Translations under genes and position numbers: made by a program
Notes under the pieces: model-generated
What the model was told of the DNA's origin: nothing
Databases searched by the model: none
The model's input: only the letters and a program-made list of their open reading frames with translations
Part shown: positions 12,563-26,600 of the stretch, piece by piece
Layout: every line of letters begins with the position of its first letter
How positions within the stretch are numbered: the stretch's first letter is position 1
Source of the DNA: Malacoraja senta
Taxonomy: Eukaryota
Direction: 5' to 3'
NCBI GenBank assembly: GCA_038087875.1
Contig: CM075994.1
Location: forward strand, 6,636,001-6,700,000
DNA: 64,000 nucleotides

Positions 12563-12829
12563 TTACCTGCAGTTCACCGTGTACTCCAGATGGCGTTGCG
12601 TGGCAACAGTACGGGTCACGGATCGTGACCTCGACTGCCGTGCAACCTCCCGATAAAGATTGAAACAATCTCCCTTCCCGCGGGTTCAGCAGCAGCCGTG
12701 GGCGGTGGGTCCTGAGCTGCAGGCTCCCCCCGGGTCCTAAAGTCTGCGTGTTTGCAAGCATTTGATCTCCACACAACAGATTCGTTTACTTCGGAACGGA
12801 TGTTTGGAAGAATGGGTGTTCAAACCGAA

Positions 12830-13110
12830 TTCCCGGTTCCAGGTGGGAGCCCGTTGTGCTCAGGCTCTGCCTGTCTCTCTGTAGGATACGTAGAACATTC
12901 CTTGTTTCAGTCGCCGCCAGACCCCTCCCTCACCTCTCTCTCGGGTACATCATGTCTGTATCTGTGCTGCTTCCTGCTCTCGTTCACCGCTTTAACGCTT
13001 CATCTCCCTCACTGCCAGTTTCCAAACCAGCTCCCACTTTCCTCTGTTCGAGCCCCGACTCTTCCCTTCGCTTTCCCGCCGTCTCTGTCAACGATTCATG
13101 AAACCGAGAG
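12830..13110 (+). mobile_element. Decayed Penelope-like RT remnant
   Basis: ACLSVGYVEHSLFQS resembles ACLFVGYVEQSWFEA at about 31325. Confidence 0.55.
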
Positions 13111-14425
13111 ACCAAAGTTCATTCCAAGCCTGCGGACGCCTTCGGCTAATTTGTCTATCCACTAGCCCTGTGTAAATTCTGTAAGGGGTATGTTCTTTTT
13201 TACGCACGATTTAAAATACAAGAAGCCAATCGTCCATCAAGCCTGAGGATCACGAGTCGATACGTAAAATATCCATGTCCCCCCACAGATGCTGCCTGAC
13301 CCGAAGAATCATCCGGCAATTAGTTTTTTTGTTCACGATTCCTGGTTCTTGTGTCTCAACTCTGTGCCGCCACTCACTGTATTCCCATCCACCCCCACTG
13401 CCTACACTCATTTCTCGCACTCGTACCACCACCTCCCCTCACCCTACCCTGTGCCCCCATCCCTCCACCCCCACACTAACCTACGCTGGGGTCACATCAA
13501 GCAGCCAATTGACCGAGATCCCCTCTCGCCTTCGGGAAGTGACAAGAAACCGGAGCACCCGCGGGAAAAGCACGTGGGGACGGGTTGAATGAACAAAGTC
13601 CACACAGGCAGAACCCACGTCGTTGGATCTCGCTGCCTGGCGGCTGGTGTAATCACTGGAACACCGCCAGCCACAGCAGCGTTTGTGATGGGGCAGTGCA
13701 GTGAATTTATCGACTAAATAAGATGCACGCCTCCCAGATAAGTCGTTATCGATTTATATTCCAGATATGTTACTTTCTTTGCGGAATTCCAAAAGTCTCT
13801 GCGCGTGAGGCCACCATCAGTACTAGGCGGCCCTCCGGATCATGGACAACACGGGGGACGAACACAAACACCGGAGGGGTGTGAAACCCCCCGGCCGACT
13901 CAACCCACCCCCTCGCACCCGCAGCAATCACCACCCGGCCCCACCTGCAACGGTGTCTCCAGTCCCAAACTGGTTTAGGTTTATTATTTTCACGTGTACA
14001 AAGGTTTTGGTTTGCATACTATCCGTCAAATTAGATAACACCAAAGATAAATACAATCGTCAAACTAAAGTACAATAGATAGGGGAAGGGACAGTTACAA
14101 TGTGCAGCATATAGTTCTCACCATTGCAGCGTCATAACCCGCTAACATTTATACAATGTCTTTGCATCTGTTTTCGGAGACCACAGAGTGCTTTACCTGC
14201 GCAAATCACATTGAAGTGCAGCCAGTAATGGCAACGGGAATCCAGAACCTCGTCAATGAAGGCTCAGAGTACAAATCAGGACATAGTCACAAACAGCTAG
14301 AGTAACTCAGCGGGACAGACAGCATCTCTGCACAGAAGGAGTGGGTGACGTATAGGGTCGAGACCATTCTTCAGACTGAGAGTCAGGGGGAAGGGAAGCG
14401 GGAGATATAGACGGTGATAGACGAG

Positions 14426-14891
14426 ATTGAACCCTGGGATGGCGGGACTGTCATATGAGAGAAAGATTGAAAAGACTAGGCTTGTATTCACGGGAGTTTA
14501 GAAGGATGAGGGGGGGTCTTATAGAAACATATAAAATTATAAAAGGACTGGACAAGCTAGATGCAGGAAAACTGTTCCCAATGTTGGGCGGAGTTTAGAA
14601 CCAGGGGCCACAGTCTTAGAATAAAGGGGAGGCCATTTAAGACTGAGGTGAGAAACAACTTTTTCACCCAGACAGTTGTGAATTTGTGGAATTCTCTGCA
14701 CTGAGGGCAGTGGAGGCCAAGTCACTGGATTGATTTAAGGGAGAGTTAGATAGAGCTCTAGAGACTAGTGAAATCAAGGGATATGGGGAAAAGGCAGGCC
14801 ACGGGTTATTGATTGGGGACGATCACAATGAATGGCGGTGCTGGCTCGAAGGGCCAAATGCCCTCCTACTGCGCCTATTTTCTATGTTTCT
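14426..14891 (+). mobile_element. CR1 LINE 3' fragment
   Basis: PGMAGLSY..GLDKLDAG..FFTQ..WNSL; CR1 3' UTR and CTATGTTT tail. Confidence 0.85.
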
Positions 14892-15435
14892 ACGATATGA
14901 AGAGGTACAGAAAAAAATGAGTGAAAGATTCCGAAAGAAGGGTCTCAACCCCGAAACGTCAGCCATTCCTTCTCTCCAGAGTATCTGTCTGACCTGGTGA
15001 GATACTCCAGCATTTTGCGACCATCTTCGATTTTAAACCAGCATCTGCTGTTCCTTCCTACATCATCAGGAGGTTCCGTTGAATCTGTATAAAACACAGG
15101 TTTGGACCTAACTGGTGCATTCAAGTCTATTTCTGGTCACCAAACTTAATGAATGAAGCGAGGGTCATCGGGAGGGCGCAGGAGATATTCACTGGAATGG
15201 TTTCAAGGATGAGGAGATTCGGGTCGAGGGTGAGGCCGGGGAAGCGGGTGCAGGTTTCTCTGTGGAGAAAGGCATTTGAAAGCTTTCACAGAGGGTTCAA
15301 ACTCGAGTCCGGTGTGAGGAGAGGGGATGTGGGAACGGGTATGGGGGCGGGGGAGTCTTTCCCATCTGTGCGAGGTTCAAATGGGCATAGATTTGAGAGA
15401 GAGAGAGAGAAGCAACAAGGGGATATGCCTCGGAA

Positions 15436-15645
15436 TGTAGGAAGGAATTGCAGATGCTGGTTTAAACCGAAGATAGACACAAAATGCTGGAGTAACTCAG
15501 CGGGACAGGCAGCATCTCTGGAGAGAAGGAAATGGGTGACGTTTCGGGCCGAGAAGAAGGGTCTTGACCCGAAGCGTTACCCATTCCTTCACTCCCCAGA
15601 AACTATCTTCGGTTTAAACCAGCATCTGCCAGTTCATTCCTACAC
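15436..15645. repeat. Head-to-head inverted Penelope terminal-repeat pair (about 210-bp palindrome)
   Basis: TGTAGGAAGGAATTGCAGATGCTGGTTTAAACCGAAGATAG ... CTATCTTCGGTTTAAACCAGCATCTGCCAGTTCATTCCTACA. Confidence 0.75.
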
Positions 15646-16039
15646 AATAGATTTAACTTAGTTTAGTTTAGAGATAAAGCATGGAAACAGGCCTTTATGC
15701 AGAAATACACATTCAGAAAACAAGTTCATCTTAGTGCAAGTGGTGGTCCCTAGTATTCCCTTGGCATGGTAGGACTTGGATTGTGCAAGTTGGTTCAAGA
15801 GCCTGATGGTTGCAGGAAAGTACCTTTAAATATGGAGAAATGTGATGCAGATGCTGGAATCTTGAGCAAAAATCGGTGCTGAAGGAACTTAGCGGGTCAG
15901 ACAGCATTTGTGGAGTGAATGAGCGCAAGAAGGATCCATTTCCCTCCCGAGATACTGCCTGACCCAGCGATTTCCTCCGGTACTTTTTGTTAAAACATTT
16001 AGTTCTAGCTGCTTCTCCTTAAGGTTGCATTGCAACGCT

Positions 16040-16310
16040 TGCTGCGCCAGAGACCCCGTTTCGATCCCGACTATGGATGCTGTCTGTACGGAGTGTGTAC
16101 GTTTTCCCCGAGACCGCGTGGGTTTTCTCCGAGATCTTCGGTTTATTCCCACTCTCCAAAAGACGTACAGGTTGGTAGGTTAATTGGCTTCTGTATACGT
16201 GTAAATTGTCCCTGGTGTGTGTGGGATAGTGCACGTGCGTGGATCGCTGGTCGGTGCGGACTCGGTGGGACGAAGGGCCTGTTTCCGCACTGTATCTCTA
16301 AAAATAAAAC
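16040..16310 (+). mobile_element. tRNA-derived V-SINE/HE1-like SINE, 5' truncated
   Basis: B-box-like GTTTCGATCCC, central GTACGTTTTCCCCG..GGGTTTTCTCC, tail GAAGGGCCTGTTTCC..CTGTATCTCTAAA. Confidence 0.8.
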
Positions 16311-16396
16311 TCAGCCTCTCCAATCTAAACTTGTAGCTGCATTTTCCATTTTAGGCAAAGATTATTGAACTGGCGTCTAAAACCATGAGAGGAATA

Positions 16397-17619
16397 GGAG
16401 GGTTGCACGGCAGTCGGGTCACGACCCATGACCCGTACTGTTGCCACGCTGCGCCAACTGGAGTACACGCGATGAACTGCAGGTAAGCACTGACCATTGT
16501 TTCCAGCGCAGTGGCCCGTTAAAACCCACCGAAATTGTCAATTTTTGCGCTGTAAATAATTATGGAAATCGGTATAAGCGTGAGAGACATTTATCCCTAC
16601 TTCAGAATTCCAAATGTGAGGAGAAATGACGGTTGATAGAAGCGAGAGCTGAAGGGACAACAACAGCCAGAGTGCTTGGCGAACATTGGCCGTTTGCTCA
16701 CTGCATTTCATCAACTAAGGCATTATTGTGTTTTTTCTTGATTACTTTGGCATCTAAAAAGTTTCAGAAGTGATAAATCTGGCCTTAAAATGTTAAAATC
16801 GCCCCTGGTTCTCAAGCGGTGTTTTGCATACAAAAAGAAAACTACCCTGAAGCAAAATTTATCATTAAAAAAAAAATCGCAAACATACGTGGGTTTTGAA
16901 TTACATTTTACTCAGATGCAAACAAGGAATGGCATAATTGTTAGCTGTTAATTGGACGTAATCAACGTCAGCAAATTGACAATATCCTATTGAAAGGGAG
17001 TGGGTGTTTAAGCTGTCAGGACATTTTTATTATTTGCCAAAATATACATCTCAATAGCATAATGAATAGAAACTTACTTTTCCACACACCACTCGTAAGT
17101 CTGGAGATTTTTTAAATGATAAATTTAGCTTCAGACGCGTTTTCCTGTGCATGTAAAAACCCACTTCAAAACCATGGCGATTTTTAATTTTACAGCCAGA
17201 TTTATCACTTCTGAGACTTTTTAGATACCAAAGGAATCAAGAAAAAACACAAATAATGCCTTACTGTTTATGAAATGCAGTGAGCAAAGCGATAATTCCC
17301 AATATTTTCAATCGCGATATCTGCATGGACAATGTTCGCCAAGCACTTTAGCTGTTGTTGTCCCTTCAGATCTCGCTTCTGTTTACCTTCATTTCGCTTC
17401 ACTTTTGGAATTCTGAAGTTGGGTACATGTCTCTCACGCTTACACCGACTTCACAATTTTTTACAGCGCAAAAATCACCATTTGGCGGGTTTTAACAGGT
17501 AGGAATGTACGCGTTTCTTGTATTAACAACATATACCGGAAGCTGCGATGTCCTCCAGATGGATTGAGCGGCTCCGTGCGTCAAGCCCTATGACCCGGTG
17601 ACCTTACGTGCAACCCCCC
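16397..17619 (+). mobile_element. Non-autonomous DNA transposon with short TIRs and about 300-bp subterminal inverted repeats
   Basis: TA|GGAGGGTTGCACG...CGTGCAACCCCCC|TA; 16515-16810 mirrors 17170-17495. Confidence 0.8.
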
Positions 17620-18151
17620 TATAGATAGGGTGAATACACAGAGTCGTCTACCCAGTGTAGGGGAATGGAGAACCGGAGGACATAGGTATTAAAGCTGAAA
17701 GTTGAATGATTTAATAGGAACCGGGAGGGGCAACGTTTCCCACAGAGGGTGTCAGGTACAAGATGAGCAGGGGAGGTAGCTGGGGCAGGTGCTATAACAT
17801 AGTTTAGAACCATTTGGACAGGTACATGGATCGGAACATTTAGAAGGATATAGGCCAAATATGGGCATATTGGGCTAGCTTAGATGGGACATCTTGGGCA
17901 GCACGGACAAGTTGGGCTGAAGGACACTATTTCCTTCTTGTATGACCCGTTAGTAATTGCAGCGAATTGTGGACGCAGCCCAGGCCGTCTCACAACCGAC
18001 CTCCCTTCCATTGATTCCAACCACACACCACGCTGCCTCGGCAAGACCAGCAACATAGTCAAGGAGGAGTTACTCCTGTCCACACCCTCTTCCCCTCTCT
18101 CCTATCAGGCAAAAGGTATAGAAGTGTGAAACGCACACCTCCAGATTCAGT

Positions 18152-18368
18152 GTTTAAGAAAGAACTGCAGATGCTGGAAAAATCGAAGGTAGACAAAAAT
18201 GCTGGAGAAACTCAGCGGGTGAGGCAGCATCTATGGAGCGAAGGAATACGCGACGTTTCGGTTCCAGACCCTTCTCAGACTGGTCTCGACCCGAAACGTC
18301 GCATATTCCTTCGCTCCATAGATGCTGCCTCACCCGCTGAGTTTCTCCAGCATTTTTGTCTACCTCCA
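18152..18368. repeat. Head-to-head inverted Penelope terminal-repeat pair
   Basis: GGTAGACAAAAATGCTGGAGAAACTCAGCGGGTGAGGCAGCATCTATGGAGCGAAGGAATA and its reverse complement at 18304-18364. Confidence 0.8.
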
Positions 18369-18688
18369 GATTCAGGAACAGTTTCTTCCCAGCTGTTATC
18401 AGGCAACTGGATCATCCTATCACAACCAGAGAGCAGTGCTGAACTACGATCTACCTCTTGATGTCCCTCGGTCTATCCTTGACCGGACTTTACCTTATCC
18501 TGTATCTATACACTATAAATGGATTGATTGTAATCATGTATTGTCTTTCTGCTGACTCGAGAGCACGCAACAACAAAAAACTTTTCACTGTAGCTCGGTA
18601 CACGTGACAATAAACTAAAGTGAAACTGAACTGAACTCTCTGATACTGTTCTTATGCACCAGCAATCAATAGGTTGGCAACTGAAATA

Positions 18689-18826
18689 TGAATGAATGAA
18701 TGAATGAATGAATGAATGAATGAATGAATGGATGAATGAATGAATGAATGAATGAATGAATGAATGAATGAATGAATGGATGAATGAATGAATGAATGGA
18801 TGAATGAAAGAATGAATGAATGAATG
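18689..18826. repeat. (GAAT)n microsatellite
   Basis: Direct reading. Confidence 0.97.
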
Positions 18827-18829
18827 ATG

Positions 18830-20200
18830 GCATTTAATAATGGCATGGTTACCAAGCTCTCCGATCTGGGTCTCTGCGCATCCCTCTGCAATTGGATCCT
18901 CGACTTCCTCATTCACAGACCACAACTGTCCGTATTGGTGGAAAAGTCTCGCCCTCAATATCAGCACGGGAGCACATCAAGGCTGCGTGCTCAGCCCCCT
19001 GCTGTACTCACTCTATATTCATGACTGCGTAGCCGGACTAGTGCGAACTCATCAGCAAGTTTGCCGACGACACCACTGTTGTGGGACTTATCAGAGTATA
19101 GAAGTGAGATGGACCGATTGACCAAATAACCATATAACCATATAACAATTACAGCACGGAAAACAGGCCATCTCGGCTCTTCTAGTCCGTGCCGAACACT
19201 TACTCTCACCTAGTCCCATCTACCTGCACTCAGACCATAACCCTCCATTCCTTCCCGTCCATATACCTATCCAATTATTTTTTAAATGATAAAACGAACC
19301 TGCCTTCACCACTTCCACTGGAAGCTCATTCCACACAGCTACCACCCACTGAGTAAAGAAGTTCCCCCTCATGTTGCCCCTAAACTTTTGTCCCTTAGTG
19401 CCAGCACAATAACCTGGCTCTCATCACCAGCAAAACAAGGAACTGATTGTGGACTTCGGAAGGGGTAGGATGGGGACACATGTTCCCGTTTATATCAACG
19501 GGTGGATGGTGGAAAGGGTCAAGAACTTCAAATTTCTGGGCATGCATATTTCCGAAGATCTCTCCTGGTCCCAGAACAATGATGCAATCATAAAGAAAGC
19601 ACATCAGTGCCTCTACTTCCTGAGAAGATTACGGCGAGTCGGTTTGTCAAGGAGGACTCTCTTCGAACTTCTACAGGTGCACAGTAGAGAGCATGCTGAC
19701 CCGTTGCATTGTGGCTTGGTTCGGCAACGAGCGCCAGGAGCGGAAAAGGAGCAAAAAGTTGTAAACACTGCCAGTCCATCATCATCCCTACCATCGAGGG
19801 GATCTATCGCAGGCGCTGCCTCAAAAAGGCTGCCAGCAACATCAAGGACCCACACCATCCTGGCCACAGACTCATCTCTCCGCTGCCATCAGTTAGAAGG
19901 TGCAGGAGCCTGAAATCTGCAACATCCAGGGTCAGGAACAGCTTCCCCACAGCCATCAGAATATTTAAACACAACTTCAAACAAACTATGAACTATAACA
20001 GCCTATTGCACTTTATCTGTGTATTTATGTGTGTATATATATATTCTATGGTATATGGTCACACTGATCTGATCTGATCTGTATTTATGCCTAAAAATAT
20101 TCTGTCATGCGCAGCACGCAAGAATTTCATTGTCCTATCTGGGACATATGACAATAAACTCTCTTGACTTGACTTGACTTGACTTGACTTGACTTGACTT
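18830..20200 (+). mobile_element. Rex1/Babar-like LINE 3' part, interrupted by a CR1 3' end (19126-19393, minus strand)
   Basis: GAHQGCVLSPLLYSLY.HDC, FADDTTVVG, VERVKNFKFLG, KAHQCLYFLRRLR; (CTTGA)n tail. Confidence 0.82.
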
Positions 20201-20960
20201 GAATGAATGAATAAGTTTATTGGCCAAGTATTCACATTCAAGGAATTTGCCTTGATGCTCCGCCCGCAGTGACAACATGCCATACAGTGACAGTTAGGAA
20301 TGATACATAAAACATTAAGTATTAATAATAAAACATTATTGATTAAACTTGTGCATTAAATAAAATACCAGGCTACAGATTTTTGGCTGTTGAGTAGAGC
20401 AACTACTCGTGGATAATAACTGTTTTTATGTCTGGCTATGGCAGCTTTGACAGTCCGGAGACGCCTTCCAGAGGGAAGTGATTCAAAGAGTTTGTGGCCA
20501 GTGTGAGAGGGGTCAGAGAAGATCTTACCCGCTCGCTTCCTGGCCCTTGCAGAGTAAGTTCGTCAATGGAGGGAAGGTTGCAGCCAATAACCTTCTCAGC
20601 TGATCGGACGATTTGCTGCAGCCTCCACGTATCGTGCTTGGTGGCTGAGCCAAACCAGACCATGATGGAGAAGGTGAGGACAGACTCTACGATGGCAGTA
20701 TAAAATTGGACCATCATTACCCGTGGTAGATTGTGCTTCCTCAGCTGCCGCAGGAAGTACATCCTCTTGTTGTGCCTTTTGACTGCGGAGCCGATGGTAG
20801 TCCCCCCACTTAAAGTTCCTTGGAGATGATGGTTCCCAGGAACTTAAAATACTCACAGATGTGAATGTGGTGTTGTTGATGGTGAGTGGAGTGGGAGGGG
20901 ATTCTCTCCGAAAGTCTACAAGCAATTCCACTGTCTTAAGAGCATTGAGTTCCAGGTTTT
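20200..20960 (-). mobile_element. Rex1/Babar-like LINE 3' fragment, second family
   Basis: NLELNALKTVEL.VDFR, MYFLRQLRKHNLP, VESVLTFSIMVWFG; (ATTC)n tail. Confidence 0.8.
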
Positions 20961-21299
20961 TGCGATATTGATCTCTCTTCGGGTTATAAGCCACTAAGAG
21001 TCTCAAGCCGTGTACTTTTTACAGCCGCCACAATCATCTTCATCTCAGCTAATCTTTTGCTACATGTATTGCAAGAGGGCAAGGTCAGCCAGGTCCGTAC
21101 CTTTGAATATTTGTTCTTCGTCCAATTCCAGTTAATAATCTGTAACCCCCCCCCCCTTCTCTCTCTCTATTCCCTCTGCCTCACCAGTTTGTGCAGCCCA
21201 TTGCTGCAACTATCCCACCCCATCCCTTTTCCCTTCAACAATTTGACCGTGGATTGAATGCGCCATGAATTAATTGGTGAAACTGTGCATGTGCGAGAG

Positions 21300-21632
21300 G
21301 CTTGGTTAGAGTGGACGTGGAGAGGATGTTTCCACTGATGGGAGAATCTAGGACTAGAGGTCATAGCCTCAGAATTAAACAACGATGAGGAGGAATTTCT
21401 TATTCAGACGGTGGTGAATCTGTGGAATTCTTTGCCACAGAAGGCTGTGGAGGCCGTCAATGGAATATTTTCTATGGCAGAGGGAAATAGATTCTTGATT
21501 AGTACAGGTGTCAGGGGTTATGGGGAGAAGGTAGGATAATTAGCTTAAGAGGGGAGATATACTGCAGATCAGCCAGGTATATCTGACTTGATGGGACGAA
21601 TGGCCTAATTCTGCTCCGATCACTTATGACCT
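21300..21632 (+). mobile_element. CR1 LINE 3' fragment
   Basis: GTGGACGTGGAGAGGATGTTTCCAC..GTGAATCTGTGGAATTCTTTGCCACAG..GGTTATGGGGAGAAGG. Confidence 0.75.
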
Positions 21633-22020
21633 TGTGGGAGGCCAAAGATGACGGTTTCTGCGGGGATTATAGGGCTGATAGAAACAATAGGCAGGCAGGG
21701 ACTAGACTGGGGTGGGACATAAAAGTAATTTTAAAACACACCAAAGAAACGCTGTCCCATTAGCGAGGCGAGCTGCAGATAGTTCTACTCGTGTGGTTTG
21801 GACCCTGGCTGCAGATGCTGTCGCATCCGAGCATCCACTGCAGATCCAGACCACACGTAGCGTGAACCAAAATACGCGTGAGTGATCAGATAAATAGGTG
21901 GGACTGGAACAAGTACATCGTATTTAACGGGAGCCGTCACTCCAGCACCTTGTGCCTATCTTTGGATTCAACCAGCATCTGCAGTTCTTAGCTTCACATC
22001 ACGCTGCGGCAGAACTTTAC

Positions 22021-22037
22021 CTTTTCACCCTATAATA
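22021..22037 (-). CDS. Candidate 17-nt micro-exon of TRIM gene B (YYRVK-R/S)
   Basis: Minus strand cttcattcttcag|TATTATAGGGTGAAAAG|gtaaag; phase 0-2 as expected after the coiled-coil exon; lies across the assembly gap. Confidence 0.35.
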
Positions 22038-22397
22038 CTGAAGAATGAAGCACGAGAGACGCTAACACGTCGCACGAGAAGACTTTGAATTGACAGTACA
22101 ACGCAGAGAATGGCTGTAATTAATTGATTTTACTGTATAAATCACAAATAAATTACACGCCAAAGCAGGGGATAGAAAATTAGTTATTAGTCTGAAGTTT
22201 ACATTCAGTTGAAGCGAACTTCTCATGTCAATAAAGGTTTGGGTCTGAAAACCATTGGTGTATTGTCAGTGAATGCAGTGAGTTGGTATTATAGCCTCCC
22301 TCCTCTCCTCCACAAACCCCTCCTCACTCCCCTCACCTCCTCCCTCTCCCCATCCTCCCCTCTTCTCCCCTCCCTTCTCCCACCAACCAACCACCTC

Positions 22398-22597
22398 NNN
22401 NNNNNNNNNNNNNNNNNNNNNNNNNNNNNNNNNNNNNNNNNNNNNNNNNNNNNNNNNNNNNNNNNNNNNNNNNNNNNNNNNNNNNNNNNNNNNNNNNNNN
22501 NNNNNNNNNNNNNNNNNNNNNNNNNNNNNNNNNNNNNNNNNNNNNNNNNNNNNNNNNNNNNNNNNNNNNNNNNNNNNNNNNNNNNNNNNNNNNNNNN
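22398..22597. other. Assembly gap (200 N, probably placeholder size)
   Basis: Run of exactly 200 N. Confidence 0.99.
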
Positions 22598-22820
22598 TAA
22601 CTGAACTGAACTGAACTTAACTTAACTTAACTAAACTAAAGATAGACACAAAAAGCTGGAGTAACTCAGCGGGTCAGACAGCATCTCTGGAGAAAACGAA
22701 TAGGTAACTTTTCCGTCGAGACCCTTAACTTCGCCTGGGTCATCGAACCTGCCGCTGAAAGCGCTGGTGAGGGCAGCAACTCTACCGCCGTGCCGCCGCC
22801 GTAAGTGGCTCTGGTCTCAC

Positions 22821-23054
22821 CTTGAGGAGCCTGTCGCGGTCCTTGGCGTTGATGAGAGAGCGGATCTCCGCGATCAGCTTCTCGATTGAGTTGCTTCTCT
22901 TGGCCAGCAGCCTGAGGTTGGCCTCCAGGGTCTGCACCACCCCCTGGGACTCGTGGCCCAGCCGCTCCCGCAGGTCGCTCTCCTGCTCCCGCAGGAACTG
23001 GTGCATGGTGTCGAACTGCCCCTCAATGCTCTCCCGGAGACTGTCCGCCAACTC
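22821..23054 (-). CDS. TRIM gene B exon 3, coiled coil, 234 nt, phase 0-0
   Basis: tctctcatgaccag acceptor and gtgaga donor; ELADSLRESIEGQFDTMHQFLREQESDLRERL...INAKDRDRLLK. Confidence 0.88.
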
Positions 23055-23123
23055 CTGGTCATGAGAGAGACCGCGGGGTGAGCGGGTGAAGGGGTGACTC
23101 AGATAGAACTATCCGTCCTGTCT

Positions 23124-24720
<1,597 letters not shown>

Positions 24721-25446
24721 ACACATCGCGTGTTGATGCTCGCTGTCCGCTATTGCTTCCAACACCAGGTGGCGGCGGCGAGCAGCCTTTGAATCCGTGG
24801 GCCGAGGGCAGGTGTCCCAGTCGCACCGCAGGCTGAGGTCGGGGGTTCGATTCCCAACGTCGGTCAAAGCTATCAGCGGGCAGGGGGTCCAGTCTTGACA
24901 CTGACCCTCAAATCCCAGCTGAGGGCAGGGCTCCCTCTCGCAGTGGCTGCGGTGTAGAGATCGGGGGCGGGGGGGAGGGGGGGGTCGTAGGGAAGTGTTG
25001 GCTGGTATTCAGTGTAGAGATTCAGTAGGACGGGTGGGTGGGATTCAGTGTAGAGTGGAGGCGGGAACTGTGGGTGGGATTCAGTATGACACAGTGCTGG
25101 CTGGGGGGGGAAGTGGTTGGGTGGGGCTGAGTGTGGGAAAGAGCAGGGGGGGGTGGGATGGAATTTAGATCCAGTGGGATTGTTGGATGTGTTTCGGTGC
25201 AGAGGGGAGGGGGGAAAGCGTATGTGAGATTCAGTGTGGGACAGAGCCGGGAGGGGGATTCCATGTGGGACGGGTGGGTGGCAAAGAGAGTGGAAGGGAG
25301 GTGGGTAGGTGGGATTCAGTGATGGGTTCTTGGGGATAGGAGGGTGGGATTTGTGTCGGGCAGAGCGGGGGGAAGGGTGGGTGGGATCTGGTGCAAAGAT
25401 CAGTGGGATGGGTGGCTGGGATTGGTGTAGGAATTTTAGAAACATT

Positions 25447-26600
25447 CTAGACCAAATGGGACCCGTTGGGCCCCGTCCCACAATGCGGGGAGGGGGGCGT
25501 CACACGGGAGGGCTGGTCACCGAACGCAATATTCCACCACTCACCCATAGCCCCCAACTACGCGGGCGCGGCTGACGGGCTCCCATTGTGACATAACCCC
25601 CCCCCCCCACACACACACACACACACACTAACTCCACCCCCCACACACACGCACACACTACCCCCCCACACACTACCCCCCCCCCACACACACACACACA
25701 CACACTAACTCCACCCCCCACACACACGCACACACTATCCCCCCACACACTACCCCCCCCCACACACAATACCCCCCCATACACACTAACTCCCCCCACC
25801 CACACACACACTACCCCCCCCACACACACACTAACCCCCCCCCCCCACACACACACACACTAACCCCCCCCCCACACACATACACACACACTACTCCCCC
25901 ACACACACTAACCCCCCCCACACACACACACTACCCCCCCCACACACACACACACACTACCCCCCCCCACACACACTACCCCCCCCACACACACACACAT
26001 TACCCCCCCACACACACACTACACTACCCCCGCCCACACACACACACTACCCCCGCCCACACACACAAACACACACTACCCCCCCCCCCCACACACACAC
26101 ACTACCCCCGCCCACACACACACTACCCCCCCCCCACACACACACACACACTACCCCCCGCCCACACACACACACTACCCCCCCCCCCCACACACACACA
26201 CACACTACCCCCGCCCACACACACACACACTACCCCCCACACACACTAACCCCATATCTGTCTCTCTCTATCTCTATATGTCTCTCCTTTTCCTTACCAT
26301 CAGTCAATCCCTCCCTCATCTCTTCCATTTCGCACTCCCCCTCCCCATCCCCCACACACAAACTAACCCCCCCTCCCCACACACTAATCCCCCCACACAC
26401 TAACCCCACACACACTAAGCCCCCCATGCACACTAACCCCTCCCCCCAACACACACACACACACTAACCCCCCCCCACACACACTAAGCCCCCCATGCAC
26501 ACTAACCCCCCCCCCCACACACACACACTACCCCCCCCAACACACACACACACAAACCCCTCCCATCAGTCTACCCAACCATCTACTGCCTAATATGAAT
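25447..26600 (-). mobile_element. Probable Helitron 3' end followed by a C/CA-rich minisatellite (25596-26560)
   Basis: CTAGACCAAATGGGACCCGTTGGGCCCC matches the reverse-complemented Helitron 3' hairpin end, and CAATATTCCACC is also shared; 5' end uncertain. Confidence 0.55.

Larger units (their letters stand above)
9112..12651 (-). mobile_element. Unclassified non-autonomous TIR element hosting nested insertions
   Basis: 9112-9280 is the reverse complement of 17460-17619; 10597-10627 plus 12566-12651 is the reverse complement of 16397-16515; termini GGAGAATTGCAC...GTGCAACCTCCC. Confidence 0.75.

Noticed and set aside
13620..13980. CpG-rich unique stretch as a promoter or exon
   Set aside because: No supportable ORF, splice pair or recognisable motif; left unannotated
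21101..21139. Minus-strand AG...GT segment as a possible TRIM B exon
   Set aside because: Purine-rich acceptor and no TRIM-like translation
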